A stretch of DNA of 63,031 nt, counting the filler. It is 8 parts of 8 records of this genome, joined end to end, with 100 filler letters (N's around TTAATTAATTAA, not from the genome) between each part and the next. Parts side by side here need not be neighbours in the genome. Positions count along the whole stretch, not along the records: positions 6,745 to 11,932 come from SRR31156797_41512; positions 12,033 to 22,799 come from SRR31156797_41546; 6 more parts are not named here. One strand, written 5' to 3'. This document shows positions 10,033 through 19,690 of the stretch, in pieces (position 1 is the stretch's first letter; each line of letters starts with the position of its first letter). The position numbers and the translations under genes were made by a program. The notes under the pieces were generated by a model. The model did no database searches. It saw only the letters and a program-made list of their open reading frames with translations, and was not told the origin of the DNA.

Positions 10033-11032
10033 GTCAATAAAGATGGTGGGTAAAACCGAAAACAAAACAGTTCAGGGGGTGAAATATTACCTGGAGAAAC
10101 CGGTGGATTTCCTCATTAAGTACGGACTGTTTGTCATTTTCTTTGCGATGGTGATTTTCTTTTCAATCGCGACACCCTACTTTCTGAAGTTCAATAATTT
10201 TAAAAACATACTTATTGCTGTATCTGTGATAGGTGTCATTTCCACTACTATGACGGGCGCCATTATCGGAAGAGGCCCCGACCTTACGGTTGGCGCCATC
10301 GTCGCCATGTCAGGCTGCATTCTGGCGAACGTAGTGCTTATGAACGGGTATTCCTGGTATCTCGGTATGATCGTCGCCGTTTTGATAGGACTGGTCATCG
10401 GTTTACTCAACGGCATTATAATCGTCAAGTTCAATCTCAGCTCTCTTATCGTTACTTTGGGTATGATGAACGTCGTACGCGGTTTGAGCTTCATCCTGGT
10501 TGACGGAACGGCCCAGTTTGTCAATGACTACCGCTTGCTGTACTTGGGAAGAGCGAGTTGGCTGGGGATTCCCGTCCCGGTCGTAATCGTATTGGTCAGT
10601 TTCGTCCTCTATGATTTCGTATTGAGAAATACCGTGTTCGGGAGACAGATCTACTCGTCGGGGGGCAATCGAAACGCGGCTCGGCTTGCGGGTATCAACG
10701 TGAACCGGAACACTATTATTTTGTTCGTATTATCCGGATTTATGGCGTCCGTAGCAGGGCTGATGACTGTGGGTATCGGCGGAGCGGCTATGCCCTATGT
10801 CGGTGAGTCATACGCCCTGGATGCCGTAACCGCCGTTCTGCTGGGTGGCACTACCCTTGCCGGTGGTAAAGGATCGGTCCGCATGACCTTCCTCGGAGTT
10901 CTGATCATCGGGATACTGAACAATGGAATGACCTTGATGAACGTTCAAACCTATTGGCAGATAACCGCTAAGGGAGCCTTCCTTATCCTGGCCATCGTAC
11001 TGGACAGTCTGCAGCATCAGAGGAAGGCTTAG
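10025..11032 (+). CDS. Sugar ABC transporter permease (RbsC type)
   Basis: DLTVG, IVTLG, GGNRNAARLAGI and LLGGTTLAGGKG motifs; ATG 10025 follows GGAGG. Confidence 0.93.
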   Translation: MSESIKMVGKTENKTVQGVKYYLEKPVDFLIKYGLFVIFFAMVIFFSIATPYFLKFNNFKNILIAVSVIGVISTTMTGAIIGRGPDLTVGAIVAMSGCILANVVLMNGYSWYLGMIVAVLIGLVIGLLNGIIIVKFNLSSLIVTLGMMNVVRGLSFILVDGTAQFVNDYRLLYLGRASWLGIPVPVVIVLVSFVLYDFVLRNTVFGRQIYSSGGNRNAARLAGINVNRNTIILFVLSGFMASVAGLMTVGIGGAAMPYVGESYALDAVTAVLLGGTTLAGGKGSVRMTFLGVLIIGILNNGMTLMNVQTYWQITAKGAFLILAIVLDSLQHQRKA

Positions 11033-11144
11033 GTTTTCTGATAGCTCAAAGGAAAACGATAAAGGGCGTATTTGTTCTTGTTCGAAAGATCTGAAAGGGT
11101 CTTCCGGATAAGGATGATTCAAAATATTTATGAAGGAGAAGTAC

Positions 11145-11549
11145 ATGTCAGAATCAAACAAAGTGCTGGTTCGCAGGTTTTATGAGGTGTCAACGACACC
11201 CGGGTGTCCCGGTATGGGAGAGATTGTCGCAGAGGACTACTTCGATCATCACTTTCTACCTGATCTGCCAAAGGGGCCCGAAGGTGTCAGGATGTGGAAT
11301 GAGGATGTTCTGGCCAGTGTATTCAGTGATATCCGGATTGAAATTGATTTTTTGATTGCCGAAGGTTCCAAGGTCGATTGCCATTTCGCTCTGGTCGGTA
11401 AGCATACGGGAAACTGGGGTGATATCAAGCCCAAAGGAAATGCCATGCGCATTCCCTGTATCAGTACCTTCAGGATTGAGGATGGGAAGATCGCCGAGGG
11501 ATGGGAGATCTTTGACAGCGGCGACATGCTGAATCAGATGAAGGCCTGA
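11145..11549 (+). CDS. SnoaL-like ester cyclase family protein
   Basis: NKVLVRRFYE, IAEGSKV, GKHTG and FRIEDGKIAEGW motifs; GAAGGAG SD. Confidence 0.85.
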   Translation: MSESNKVLVRRFYEVSTTPGCPGMGEIVAEDYFDHHFLPDLPKGPEGVRMWNEDVLASVFSDIRIEIDFLIAEGSKVDCHFALVGKHTGNWGDIKPKGNAMRIPCISTFRIEDGKIAEGWEIFDSGDMLNQMKA

Positions 11550-11890
11550 TCGCGGATCGGATCTCAATGGATGGGCGACTTTTGTTGACGAGGGTGTCAA
11601 TATCTGTCAGGGGAGGTCGTCCTTTCTTGCAACTACAACGTATCATAACAGAATAAGAAGGCTCTCTTTTATGAATCGAAGCTGAATTGAAGCTGTTTGG
11701 GGTGACCTGAAAGCATGATTCGGTATAATATTCGGTCTAGCAAGGAGCCCTCGTGGTCTTTTTTAGTCATGATTTCGATTCTCTGGCTGCGTATATGCTC
11801 TACAGCAATGACAATTTAATGATAAAAACAGTTTAATACTCGAATTGCGGCCTATAAAACGTATATTCCGCCTATAATTCAGTTGGACAT

Positions 11891-11932
11891 ATGAAACTGA
11901 ATCGCAAGATCTCCCTGGCCACGGGAACATTC
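11891..11932 (+). CDS. Possible gene start, truncated by contig end
   Basis: ATG after GGAC, MKLNRKISLATGTF running into the linker. Confidence 0.3.
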
Positions 11933-12032
11933 NNNNNNNNNNNNNNNNNNNNNNNNNNNNNNNNNNNNNNNNNNNNTTAATTAATTAANNNNNNNNNNNN
12001 NNNNNNNNNNNNNNNNNNNNNNNNNNNNNNNN
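11933..12032. other. Artificial contig linker
   Basis: N-run + TTAATTAATTAA + N-run. Confidence 0.99.
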
Positions 12033-12094
12033 TGTTCATTGACGATAGTTTGGATAATGTTGAAACCATTAACACATTATTGCGAGACCTCTGA
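12033..12094 (+). CDS. rbfA: Ribosome-binding factor A, C-terminal fragment
   Basis: Manual translation FIDDSLDNVETINTLLRDL*; directly upstream of truB as in the conserved rbfA-truB order. Confidence 0.7.
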
Positions 12095-12107
12095 GGACGG
12101 AAGTGTA

Positions 12108-12779
12108 TTGGGAATGACCGTTCCCGTGCACAAACCCATTGATTGGACGTCCTTTGATGTCGTGAATAAATGCCGGTATGCCACGGGCTTTAAAAAAGTG
12201 GGTCATGCCGGAACTTTAGACCCTTTCGCGGAAGGGGTGCTTATTCTCGGATTTGGAAAGCATACGAAAAAGCTGGACGAACACAAGAAAAAGGACAAAG
12301 TATACCGTGTTGACATAGAATTGGGTAAAGAAACCGACACATTGGATGTGACCGGTCAGATCCTGAAAAGCACCGAAGTGGTTTCGCCACCGGCTTTGGA
12401 TGACATTCAGGCACTGTTGCCACAATTCACGGGTGATATCACCCAGATCCCGCCGATGTACTCAGCCAAGAAAGTAAAAGGCAAGAAGCTTTACGATCTG
12501 GCAAGAAGCGGGAAGATCATTGAAAGAGACCCTATAAATGTTCGAATCGGCGCCATTGAGATCATTGATTATCAGTGGCCGGTATTGAGCTGTAGGGTGG
12601 AATGCAGTACCGGAACATACATTCGCACCTTGGCTGCGGATCTGGGTTCGGCTCTTGGTTGCGGTGGTTTTGCCAAAACCTTGGTCAGAGAACGGATCGG
12701 AGATATCAGCCTTGAGGAATGTTATACAATTGAGGGCTTAATAGAAGCATGGAAATCTATCGCACACTCGACGAAATAA
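12108..12779 (+). CDS. truB: tRNA pseudouridine(55) synthase
   Basis: KVGHAGTLDPFAEGVL, QIPPMYSAKK and CSTGTYIRTL motifs; start moved downstream of the rbfA stop (TTG 12108 or ATG 12114). Confidence 0.96.
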   Translation: MGMTVPVHKPIDWTSFDVVNKCRYATGFKKVGHAGTLDPFAEGVLILGFGKHTKKLDEHKKKDKVYRVDIELGKETDTLDVTGQILKSTEVVSPPALDDIQALLPQFTGDITQIPPMYSAKKVKGKKLYDLARSGKIIERDPINVRIGAIEIIDYQWPVLSCRVECSTGTYIRTLAADLGSALGCGGFAKTLVRERIGDISLEECYTIEGLIEAWKSIAHSTK

Positions 12780-13663
12780 GGGAAAAACCTTCCGTTGTTC
12801 TGGCGATAGGCTCATTTGACGGACTGCATAAAGGCCATCGGAAGTTACTTGAAAAAGTTCGCAGTGAAGCTGACCGGCGCGGTGTAAGAAGTATGATCAT
12901 TACCTTCGCACCGACACCACGCGAGGTGCTGAGCGGACAAAAAGAGATCGCTCTGATGAAACCGGAGGAAAAAACGGATGCCATCCGTGAACTTGGGATC
13001 GAACTGGTGTGTATGAAGCACTTTGATCGTGAGTTTGCCAAGTTGTCACCCGATGATTTTCTCAAACGTTTATTGACATATCTCGACCTGAAAGCTATTG
13101 TAGCCGGTCCCGACCATTCCATCGGTAAGATGAACGAAGGCGGTATCGAATATATGGCAAAAGCTGGGAAAGAACATGACTTTGACTTGATCATTGTGCC
13201 AAAAGAGCAATACAAGGATCAGGAAATAAGCTCACAATTGATCCGCAGGGCATTGAAAGAGGGCAGGATTGACGATGTTGTCGCCATGCAAGGTTACCCT
13301 TACCGCATTTCCGGGACTGTTATTCCGGGGTTGCAACGTGGCAGAACACTTGGATATCCGACCCTGAATATCAAACCTGACATGATCAATTGTATCATTC
13401 CCGCATTCGGAGTCTACTGTGTAACACTGACAATAGATGGACGTGTTATGCCCGCGATCTGCAATATCGGCGTAAGGCCGACATTTGTTGAAGACGAACT
13501 TTCTATGGAAGTTCATGTTTTTGACATAGATCTTGAGCATCAGTATGGAAAAGCGGTTGAGATACGATTTATGAAATTTGTCCGCAAAGAGCGGAAGTTT
13601 GAAAACAAAGAAGCTCTGATAGAGCAAATAAAAAAAGACATTGAAATGTGTAAAAAGAATTGA
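12749..13663 (+). CDS. ribF: Bifunctional riboflavin kinase/FAD synthetase
   Basis: [27 protein letters not shown] and NIGVRPTF motifs. Confidence 0.96.
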   Translation: MEIYRTLDEIREKPSVVLAIGSFDGLHKGHRKLLEKVRSEADRRGVRSMIITFAPTPREVLSGQKEIALMKPEEKTDAIRELGIELVCMKHFDREFAKLSPDDFLKRLLTYLDLKAIVAGPDHSIGKMNEGGIEYMAKAGKEHDFDLIIVPKEQYKDQEISSQLIRRALKEGRIDDVVAMQGYPYRISGTVIPGLQRGRTLGYPTLNIKPDMINCIIPAFGVYCVTLTIDGRVMPAICNIGVRPTFVEDELSMEVHVFDIDLEHQYGKAVEIRFMKFVRKERKFENKEALIEQIKKDIEMCKKN

Positions 13664-13673
13664 CGGAGGAAAA

Positions 13674-13946
13674 ATGTCAACTTTAAGTAAAGATCAGATC
13701 GCAGAGATCGTAAAGAAATTTGGAAAAACCGAACAAGATACCGGAGCACCTGAAGTACAGGTAGCAATTTTATCACAGCGTATCAAAGACCTGACCGAAC
13801 ATGTAAAACTTCATAAAAAAGACCATCACAATCGTCGTGGCCTTATGAAAATGGTTGGTCAACGCAGTCGCTTGCTTCGTTACATCAAAAGCAACGATTA
13901 CAACCGCTATCTTGAACTGATCAAAGCATTAGGATTGAGAAAATAA
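13674..13946 (+). CDS. rpsO: 30S ribosomal protein S15
   Basis: [23 protein letters not shown] and LGLRK motifs; GGAGG SD before ATG 13674. Confidence 0.98.
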   Translation: MSTLSKDQIAEIVKKFGKTEQDTGAPEVQVAILSQRIKDLTEHVKLHKKDHHNRRGLMKMVGQRSRLLRYIKSNDYNRYLELIKALGLRK

Positions 13947-13991
13947 CATAAATAGACAGCAGGATTGTAGTTGCTGTCGAAGGAGTAAACT

Positions 13992-16166
13992 TTGATTACT
14001 AAAGAAAAAACGATTGCCGGTAAAACGGTTCGTCTTGAAACCGGACGTATTGCAAAACAAGCTGATGGCTCTGTACTTGCAACAGTCGGTGAAACAATGG
14101 TATTAGCTACCGTTGTATCCAGCAAACAAATGCGTGAAGGCGCGGATTTTGTTCCGCTGTCAGTTGAATTTCGCGAAAAATTCTATGCAAGTGGTAAGAT
14201 CCCCGGTGGATTTTTACGACGAGAAGCAAGATTATCTGACCGCGAGATCCTAAGTTCACGTATCATTGACCGCCAGATCAGGCCTTTGTTGCCAAAAAAC
14301 TGGTATTATGAAACGCAGGTTATCGTAAACGTATTATCCTATGATGGCGAAAATCAACCGGATATGTTAGGTACTGTTGCCGCTTCAGCTGCATTGAGTA
14401 TTTCTGACATTCCTTTTGAAGGACCCATTGCTTCGGTTCGTGCCTCACGTATCGATGGTGAATACGTTATAAACCCGACTTTTTCACAACTTGAAGAAAC
14501 CGACATAGAAATTGTTGTCGCCGGATCAAAAGATTCTATCGTTATGGTCGAAGGTGAAACAAATGAAGTATCTGAAGATGATTTCTTGGATGCCGTTAAG
14601 GTTTCTCATGAAGCTATTGTCGACTTCATTGCACTTCAGGATGAATTGGTAGCAGAGATCAAGCCGGAAAAACGCGAAAAACCCGTTGAAGAAGTAAATG
14701 AAGAATTTAATGCCGCCGTTGTTAAGATGGTTGGTAAGAAAATGGATAAGATCCTCTCAATTACCATGAAACAAGAACGCGGAAACGCAGAAGATGAATT
14801 GGTAGCAGAGATCGTTGCTGCACTCGAAGAAGAATATCCCGAATGCGAAGACGATGTAAAGAACCTTGTTCATGATATTCATAAAGAAGAAATTCGCAAG
14901 AAGATCCTGAAGAAAAAAGTCCGTGTAGACGGTAGAAAAACAAATGAGATCCGCAAGATCACCGCTGAAGTATCAACACTTCCGCGTGTTCACGGTTCAT
15001 CTTTGTTCACCAGGGGTGAAACTCAGGCTTTGGTTGTAACCACGCTTGGTTCATCACGCGATGCACAGTTATTGGATAGTATTGACGGTAAAGAAGATAA
15101 AGTCTACATGCTTCAATACAATTTCCCGCCTTACTCAACCGGTGAAGCCCGCATGATCCGCGGTGTCAGCCGTCGTGAAGTAGGTCACGGTAACCTTGCA
15201 GAACGTTCATTGAAACCTGTTCTTCCTTCAACTGAAGACTTCCCATACACAATTCGTGTCGTCTCTGATATTATGGAATCTAACGGTTCCTCATCAATGG
15301 CTTCCGTATGTGGTGGTTGTTTATCTCTGATGGATGCCGGTGTTCCTCTTAAGAAGATGGTTTCCGGTATTGCCATGGGATTGATCACGGATGGTGAAAA
15401 CTATGCAGTTCTTTCCGATATTCTCGGTGAAGAAGATCATTACGGCGATATGGATTTCAAGGTGACAGGTACCGAAGATGGTATTACTGCCATTCAAATG
15501 GACTTGAAGATCGATGGACTATCATTTGATCTGATGAAAACCGCTTTGAAACAAGCTAAAGAAGGCCGTCTTCATATCCTTGGTGAAATGAAGAAAGGTT
15601 TGGATGCACCTCGCGCAGAACTCAGCAAATATGCACCGCGCATGTCCTCTATGAAGATCGATACTGAAAAGATCGGTGCCGTAATAGGACCGGGCGGTAA
15701 AGTTATTAAAGAGATCATTGCTGAAACCGGTGTTGAAATGGACATTGATCAAGACGGAATCGTTAAGATCTTTACCATGGATGCTGAAGCCGCTACTGCT
15801 GCTGAAAACTGGGTTAAAGCTCTTGTTGCCGAACCTGAAGTTGGTAAAATATATGATGCAAAAGTTACTCGTTTAATGGACTTTGGTGCTTTTGTTGAAT
15901 TTATGCCCGGCAAAGAAGGTTTGGTACATATCTCTGAAATGGCTTGGGAAAGAACCAATGCTGTTACAGATGTTGTAAAATTAGGTGACGCTGTTAAGGT
16001 TAAATTATTCGAAATTGATAGTCAGGGTCGTGTGAACTTGAGTATCAAGAAAACAACAGAACCCCCTGAAGGTTATGTTGAACCTGAACGCAAACCTCGC
16101 GGTGACAGAAAACCCTATAACAATAATAGGGATCGCGGAGATCGCCGTAATAACAATCGTCGGTAG
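13992..16166 (+). CDS. pnp: Polyribonucleotide nucleotidyltransferase
   Basis: GKIPGGF, RREVGHG, ESNGSSSMAS and GDMDFKV motifs; KH and S1 domains; TTG start after AGGAG. Confidence 0.98.
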   Translation: MITKEKTIAGKTVRLETGRIAKQADGSVLATVGETMVLATVVSSKQMREGADFVPLSVEFREKFYASGKIPGGFLRREARLSDREILSSRIIDRQIRPLLPKNWYYETQVIVNVLSYDGENQPDMLGTVAASAALSISDIPFEGPIASVRASRIDGEYVINPTFSQLEETDIEIVVAGSKDSIVMVEGETNEVSEDDFLDAVKVSHEAIVDFIALQDELVAEIKPEKREKPVEEVNEEFNAAVVKMVGKKMDKILSITMKQERGNAEDELVAEIVAALEEEYPECEDDVKNLVHDIHKEEIRKKILKKKVRVDGRKTNEIRKITAEVSTLPRVHGSSLFTRGETQALVVTTLGSSRDAQLLDSIDGKEDKVYMLQYNFPPYSTGEARMIRGVSRREVGHGNLAERSLKPVLPSTEDFPYTIRVVSDIMESNGSSSMASVCGGCLSLMDAGVPLKKMVSGIAMGLITDGENYAVLSDILGEEDHYGDMDFKVTGTEDGITAIQMDLKIDGLSFDLMKTALKQAKEGRLHILGEMKKGLDAPRAELSKYAPRMSSMKIDTEKIGAVIGPGGKVIKEIIAETGVEMDIDQDGIVKIFTMDAEAATAAENWVKALVAEPEVGKIYDAKVTRLMDFGAFVEFMPGKEGLVHISEMAWERTNAVTDVVKLGDAVKVKLFEIDSQGRVNLSIKKTTEPPEGYVEPERKPRGDRKPYNNNRDRGDRRNNNRR

Positions 16167-16168
16167 TA

Positions 16169-17407
16169 ATGCAATTACCCTACCATAAAACGGTATTACA
16201 TAATGGAATAACTACACTTACGCGATCGGTCGAATCTCTTCGATCGGTCGCCGTAGGTGTTTTCATTCAAGCAGGTTCTTGCGATGAGAACCCCAAGAAC
16301 AACGGTATTGCTCATTTCCTTGAGCATATGTCCTTTAAACGAACCACAACTCGTACTGCTTATGATATTGTCGAGGATGTTGAATCCAGAGGCGGCCATA
16401 TCAATGCCTATACATCCCGTGAATTGACCGCTTATTATGCCAGAGTGCTTGATACTGAGTTAGATACGGCTTTAGATGTTCTTTGTGATATTGTCAGGAA
16501 TTCTACCTATCCCGCTGAAGAGATCGAACGAGAAAAATCCGTTGTGATCGAAGAGATCAGGGATTCATTGGATACTCCACAAGATATCGCCAACGATTCG
16601 TTTATGGAGCAGATGTACCCGGATCATCCATACGGATATCCGATCATGGGAAATATTGAGACCGTTTCATCATTCAGTATCGATACCATACGCGATTTTG
16701 TTGATAATCAATATACTTCATACCGAATTTCAGTTGTTGCTGTAGGGGCTGTTGATCATGAAAAGGTCGTGGCGCGTGTTGAAGAACTTCTGGGTGGCTA
16801 TAAAACCAAAACCCATGCACGTGAAATGTTCCCTCTACATGATCCGAAAGAGAAGGAGAGGGTTCTCTCTAGAGATATCGCTCAATCGCATCTTATCATA
16901 GGCCGAAGGTCTATGGGATATAATGATGAACGCAGGATCACTTACGCGGTTTTGAATTCTATTTTAAGCGCAGGTATGACCTCACGACTTTTTCATAATA
17001 TTCGTGAAAAATATGGATTTGCTTACACGATCTATTCCTTTATAGATGCCTTTAAGAACACCGGACTTTTCGGTGTTTACGTGGCTACAGACCTGAAACA
17101 CGTTGACAGGCTAAAGGAATTGATCTGGAAAGAGTTCAATAAGCTTAAAAATGACGGTATAAGTTCTCAGGAGCTCGATAAGGTTAAAGCTCAAAGCAAG
17201 GGATCTCTTGTGATGGGTCTTGAAAGCATGCATAATCAAATGGAAAGAATGATCCAACAGCATGTTAGATATGGAAAGATCGTGAGTGTTGACGAATCTC
17301 TGAAGAAAATTGAGGCTGTAAGCTCTAAAGATATTCAGGATCTATCAAATGAGCTGTTCGATGAATCATTTTATCATTCGCTATTATTGAAACCTAACGG
17401 TAAATAA
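16169..17407 (+). CDS. M16 family (pitrilysin-like) zinc peptidase
   Basis: HFLEH (HxxEH), NAYTSRE and SRLFHNIREKYG motifs; commonly follows pnp. Confidence 0.93.
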   Translation: MQLPYHKTVLHNGITTLTRSVESLRSVAVGVFIQAGSCDENPKNNGIAHFLEHMSFKRTTTRTAYDIVEDVESRGGHINAYTSRELTAYYARVLDTELDTALDVLCDIVRNSTYPAEEIEREKSVVIEEIRDSLDTPQDIANDSFMEQMYPDHPYGYPIMGNIETVSSFSIDTIRDFVDNQYTSYRISVVAVGAVDHEKVVARVEELLGGYKTKTHAREMFPLHDPKEKERVLSRDIAQSHLIIGRRSMGYNDERRITYAVLNSILSAGMTSRLFHNIREKYGFAYTIYSFIDAFKNTGLFGVYVATDLKHVDRLKELIWKEFNKLKNDGISSQELDKVKAQSKGSLVMGLESMHNQMERMIQQHVRYGKIVSVDESLKKIEAVSSKDIQDLSNELFDESFYHSLLLKPNGK

Positions 17408-18169
17408 ATGAAATATCCGGTACTCGCATATCATAAAGTATCCGAACAGTGGGAACTGTCCTTTACCATGCTTTATCCGCGGAATTTTGAACGTCAAATG
17501 CGTTTTTTAGCCAAAAAAGGCTACGTAGGAAAGAGCTTAAAAGAGTACCTGAAAGATCCAAAAGAAAACTATTTTGTAGTGACATTCGATGATGCTTACG
17601 AAAGCGTTTATACAAATGCCTTTCCGCTTTTAAAAGAATTGGGCTTTACGGCAACGATATTTGTCTTGACCAATTACATTGGTAAAGACAATACCTGGGA
17701 TTTTACACCCGGAAAGATCTATTCCCGTCACATGGATTCTGAACAAATTAAAGTTCTTCATGAAAATAATTGGGAAGTTGCCTCACACGGGGAAAATCAC
17801 CGTGCAATGACCGGCATGCATCCCGATTCTGTAGCACATGAGCTGAAACATTCAAAAGAAATTATATCATCGTTGATAAATGAAGAGGTTCAGACCTTTT
17901 GTTTTCCTTTTGGTGTGTATAATGCCGGAGTAGTAACAGCTGCAAAAGCTGCGGGTTATAAAAATCTTATAGGTTATACTGAAGCTTCCCGATACGGTGT
18001 GATCACAAGATCTGCTGTTTATCGGGTAATTGATGGCAAACGCAGTGTTCTCAGAAAAGTACGTCGCAGGCCCCTGGGACTTTTTGTTGAAACAATAAAA
18101 GAAGGCTTGATCCATTCAACAGCATTATTTTCCAGGATCAGTCAAAGATTCAGAAAAGGTAATCGGTGA
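17408..18169 (+). CDS. Polysaccharide deacetylase (CE4/NodB-like)
   Basis: LAYHKV, TFDDAY, SHGENH and FPFG motifs. Confidence 0.9.
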   Translation: MKYPVLAYHKVSEQWELSFTMLYPRNFERQMRFLAKKGYVGKSLKEYLKDPKENYFVVTFDDAYESVYTNAFPLLKELGFTATIFVLTNYIGKDNTWDFTPGKIYSRHMDSEQIKVLHENNWEVASHGENHRAMTGMHPDSVAHELKHSKEIISSLINEEVQTFCFPFGVYNAGVVTAAKAAGYKNLIGYTEASRYGVITRSAVYRVIDGKRSVLRKVRRRPLGLFVETIKEGLIHSTALFSRISQRFRKGNR

Positions 18170-18360
18170 CCAGTAACCCGTAACCTGCCTGCCAGCAGTA
18201 GTCTAGACGATGGCGGGTAACCCTTAAATTGCATTCTATAATCCTTCCGTAATTTTTCCTTCAAACCTCTAAATACACAATTAGATAAACATTAAAAATC
18301 ACTTGATTATTAATTACTTATGTGCTTAACTTTAAGTTAGAAACGACTAAGGGGTTATGT

Positions 18361-19080
18361 ATGAAATACAAAGGTATCAAGAAACTGTATTATTCCATTT
18401 CCGAGATCAGCGATATGCTTGGGATCAAACAATCGGTCATCAGATATTGGGAATCCGAATTCAAGGAATTGAAGCCTCAAAAAAATAGAGCAGGAAACAG
18501 GATCTACAAAAAAGATGATATTGCGATCTTGAGAATGATCAATCATTATGTGCACGAAAAACACCTGTCCATTCATGAAGCCAACGAAGTGATCATGGAT
18601 TTGAAGAAAGAAGGATTATATAAACGCAAATTACAGGAGCTGAATAAGGTTGAGCTAAAACCCACTCCTGTAGAAGAACCCGAAGCACCGGTTAAACAGG
18701 AAATCATTGAGGAACCTGTTGTTGTTTCTACTGATGACCTTCCCATGCCGGCTGAGGCTGCGACTGAAGAAGAAACTGAAAAACCTGATTTCGAGATCGT
18801 AACTCCAACTCAGGAAACATTTATTTATCCATTAGATGACGAACAAACGCCGGAAGGCGGAAGTTCCTCCTTAGCTGAAGCCACGGAGGACAGGAAGAAG
18901 ATAGAAGAAGAGAAGCCGGAAAAACCTGAAGAACTTCCTGAACCTGGGCCGGTTGAAGTTCCCGAACCTGAACCTGTTCCCGTACCTGAGCCGGTAAAAC
19001 AAAGTGATCCTGAGTTAAGGGAGCTATTGAAGAAGATATCCGGGAATATTAAGGATATAATTGATATTTTGAATGAATGA
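18361..19080 (+). CDS. MerR family HTH regulator with long Pro/Glu-rich C-terminal extension
   Basis: YYSISEIS...VIRYWESEF...KNRAGNRIY motif; PE/PV-rich tail. Confidence 0.85.
   Translation: MKYKGIKKLYYSISEISDMLGIKQSVIRYWESEFKELKPQKNRAGNRIYKKDDIAILRMINHYVHEKHLSIHEANEVIMDLKKEGLYKRKLQELNKVELKPTPVEEPEAPVKQEIIEEPVVVSTDDLPMPAEAATEEETEKPDFEIVTPTQETFIYPLDDEQTPEGGSSSLAEATEDRKKIEEEKPEKPEELPEPGPVEVPEPEPVPVPEPVKQSDPELRELLKKISGNIKDIIDILNE
18865..18894. repeat. Small palindromic element inserted in frame in the MerR gene
   Basis: TCCTCC-TTAGCTGAAGCCAC-GGAGGA-CAGG, a GC-rich hairpin encoding SSLAEATEDR. Confidence 0.55.
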
Positions 19081-19428
19081 CGTAAGACGTAAGATGTAAT
19101 GAAAAATTAATATTTTTATAAATGAATTTAATTTACCCCGACGAATGGAGGGGTTAAACAACGTAATAACCCGGGGTGCAACCCCGGGAAAATAAATCTT
19201 AACATAGCAACCCTGACCTTGTGGAAGGGTTGAACACCAAATTTATTCAACCCCTCAACTTTGTTCGGGGTTGATTTTTCTTATAATAGCATAAACCCAG
19301 CACTTCGTACCGGGTTATTACGTTGTTTAACCCCTCGATATACTCGGGGTCATATTAATAAACTAATTCCGAAATTATTAAATCATTTTACTAAAATACG
19401 GTTTATTTCGTCTCACGTCTTACGTCTA
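19079..19428. repeat. Nested palindromic REP/MITE-like element
   Basis: Perfect 27-bp IR 19148-19174/19310-19336; four ACCC..GGGT hairpins; outer inverted GACGTAA heptamer tracts. Confidence 0.8.
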
Positions 19429-19522
19429 ACGTTTTACAGCAATTAGGTATATAATTAATGTGCAAAACAATATATAAATCATTGCAATAGCTTAAGAAAT
19501 AGATTAAATTAACCTGCTTTTT

Positions 19523-19596
19523 CGGAGCGTGGCGCAGCCCGGTAGCGCACTTGAATGGGGTTCAAGGGGCCGCAGGTTCAAATCCTGTCGCTCCGA
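19523..19596 (+). tRNA. tRNA-Pro(GGG)
   Basis: Acceptor CGGAGCG/CGCTCCG; anticodon arm CTTGA-ATGGGGT-TCAAG; T-arm GGTTCAAATCC; CCA not encoded. Confidence 0.96.
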
Positions 19597-19602
19597 CAGC
19601 AT

Positions 19603-19642
19603 AAAAAACAGGAGGAATTAAAAAATCTCCTGTTTTTTTTTA
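19603..19642 (+). terminator. Rho-independent terminator after tRNA-Pro
   Basis: AAAAAACAGGAG...CTCCTGTTTTTTTTT. Confidence 0.85.
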
Positions 19643-19690
19643 ATACTTTATTATTTATATTAGAAAATTAAAACTAAAGGCTGGTGATAT

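Noticed and set aside
13955..13978. GACAGCA/TGCTGTC hairpin between rpsO and pnp
   Set aside because: Structured rpsO-pnp intergenic regions are well known; not novel and no T-tract
19135..19350. CRISPR array
   Set aside because: Repeats are inverted and nested rather than direct repeats with 30-40 nt spacers; no cas genes
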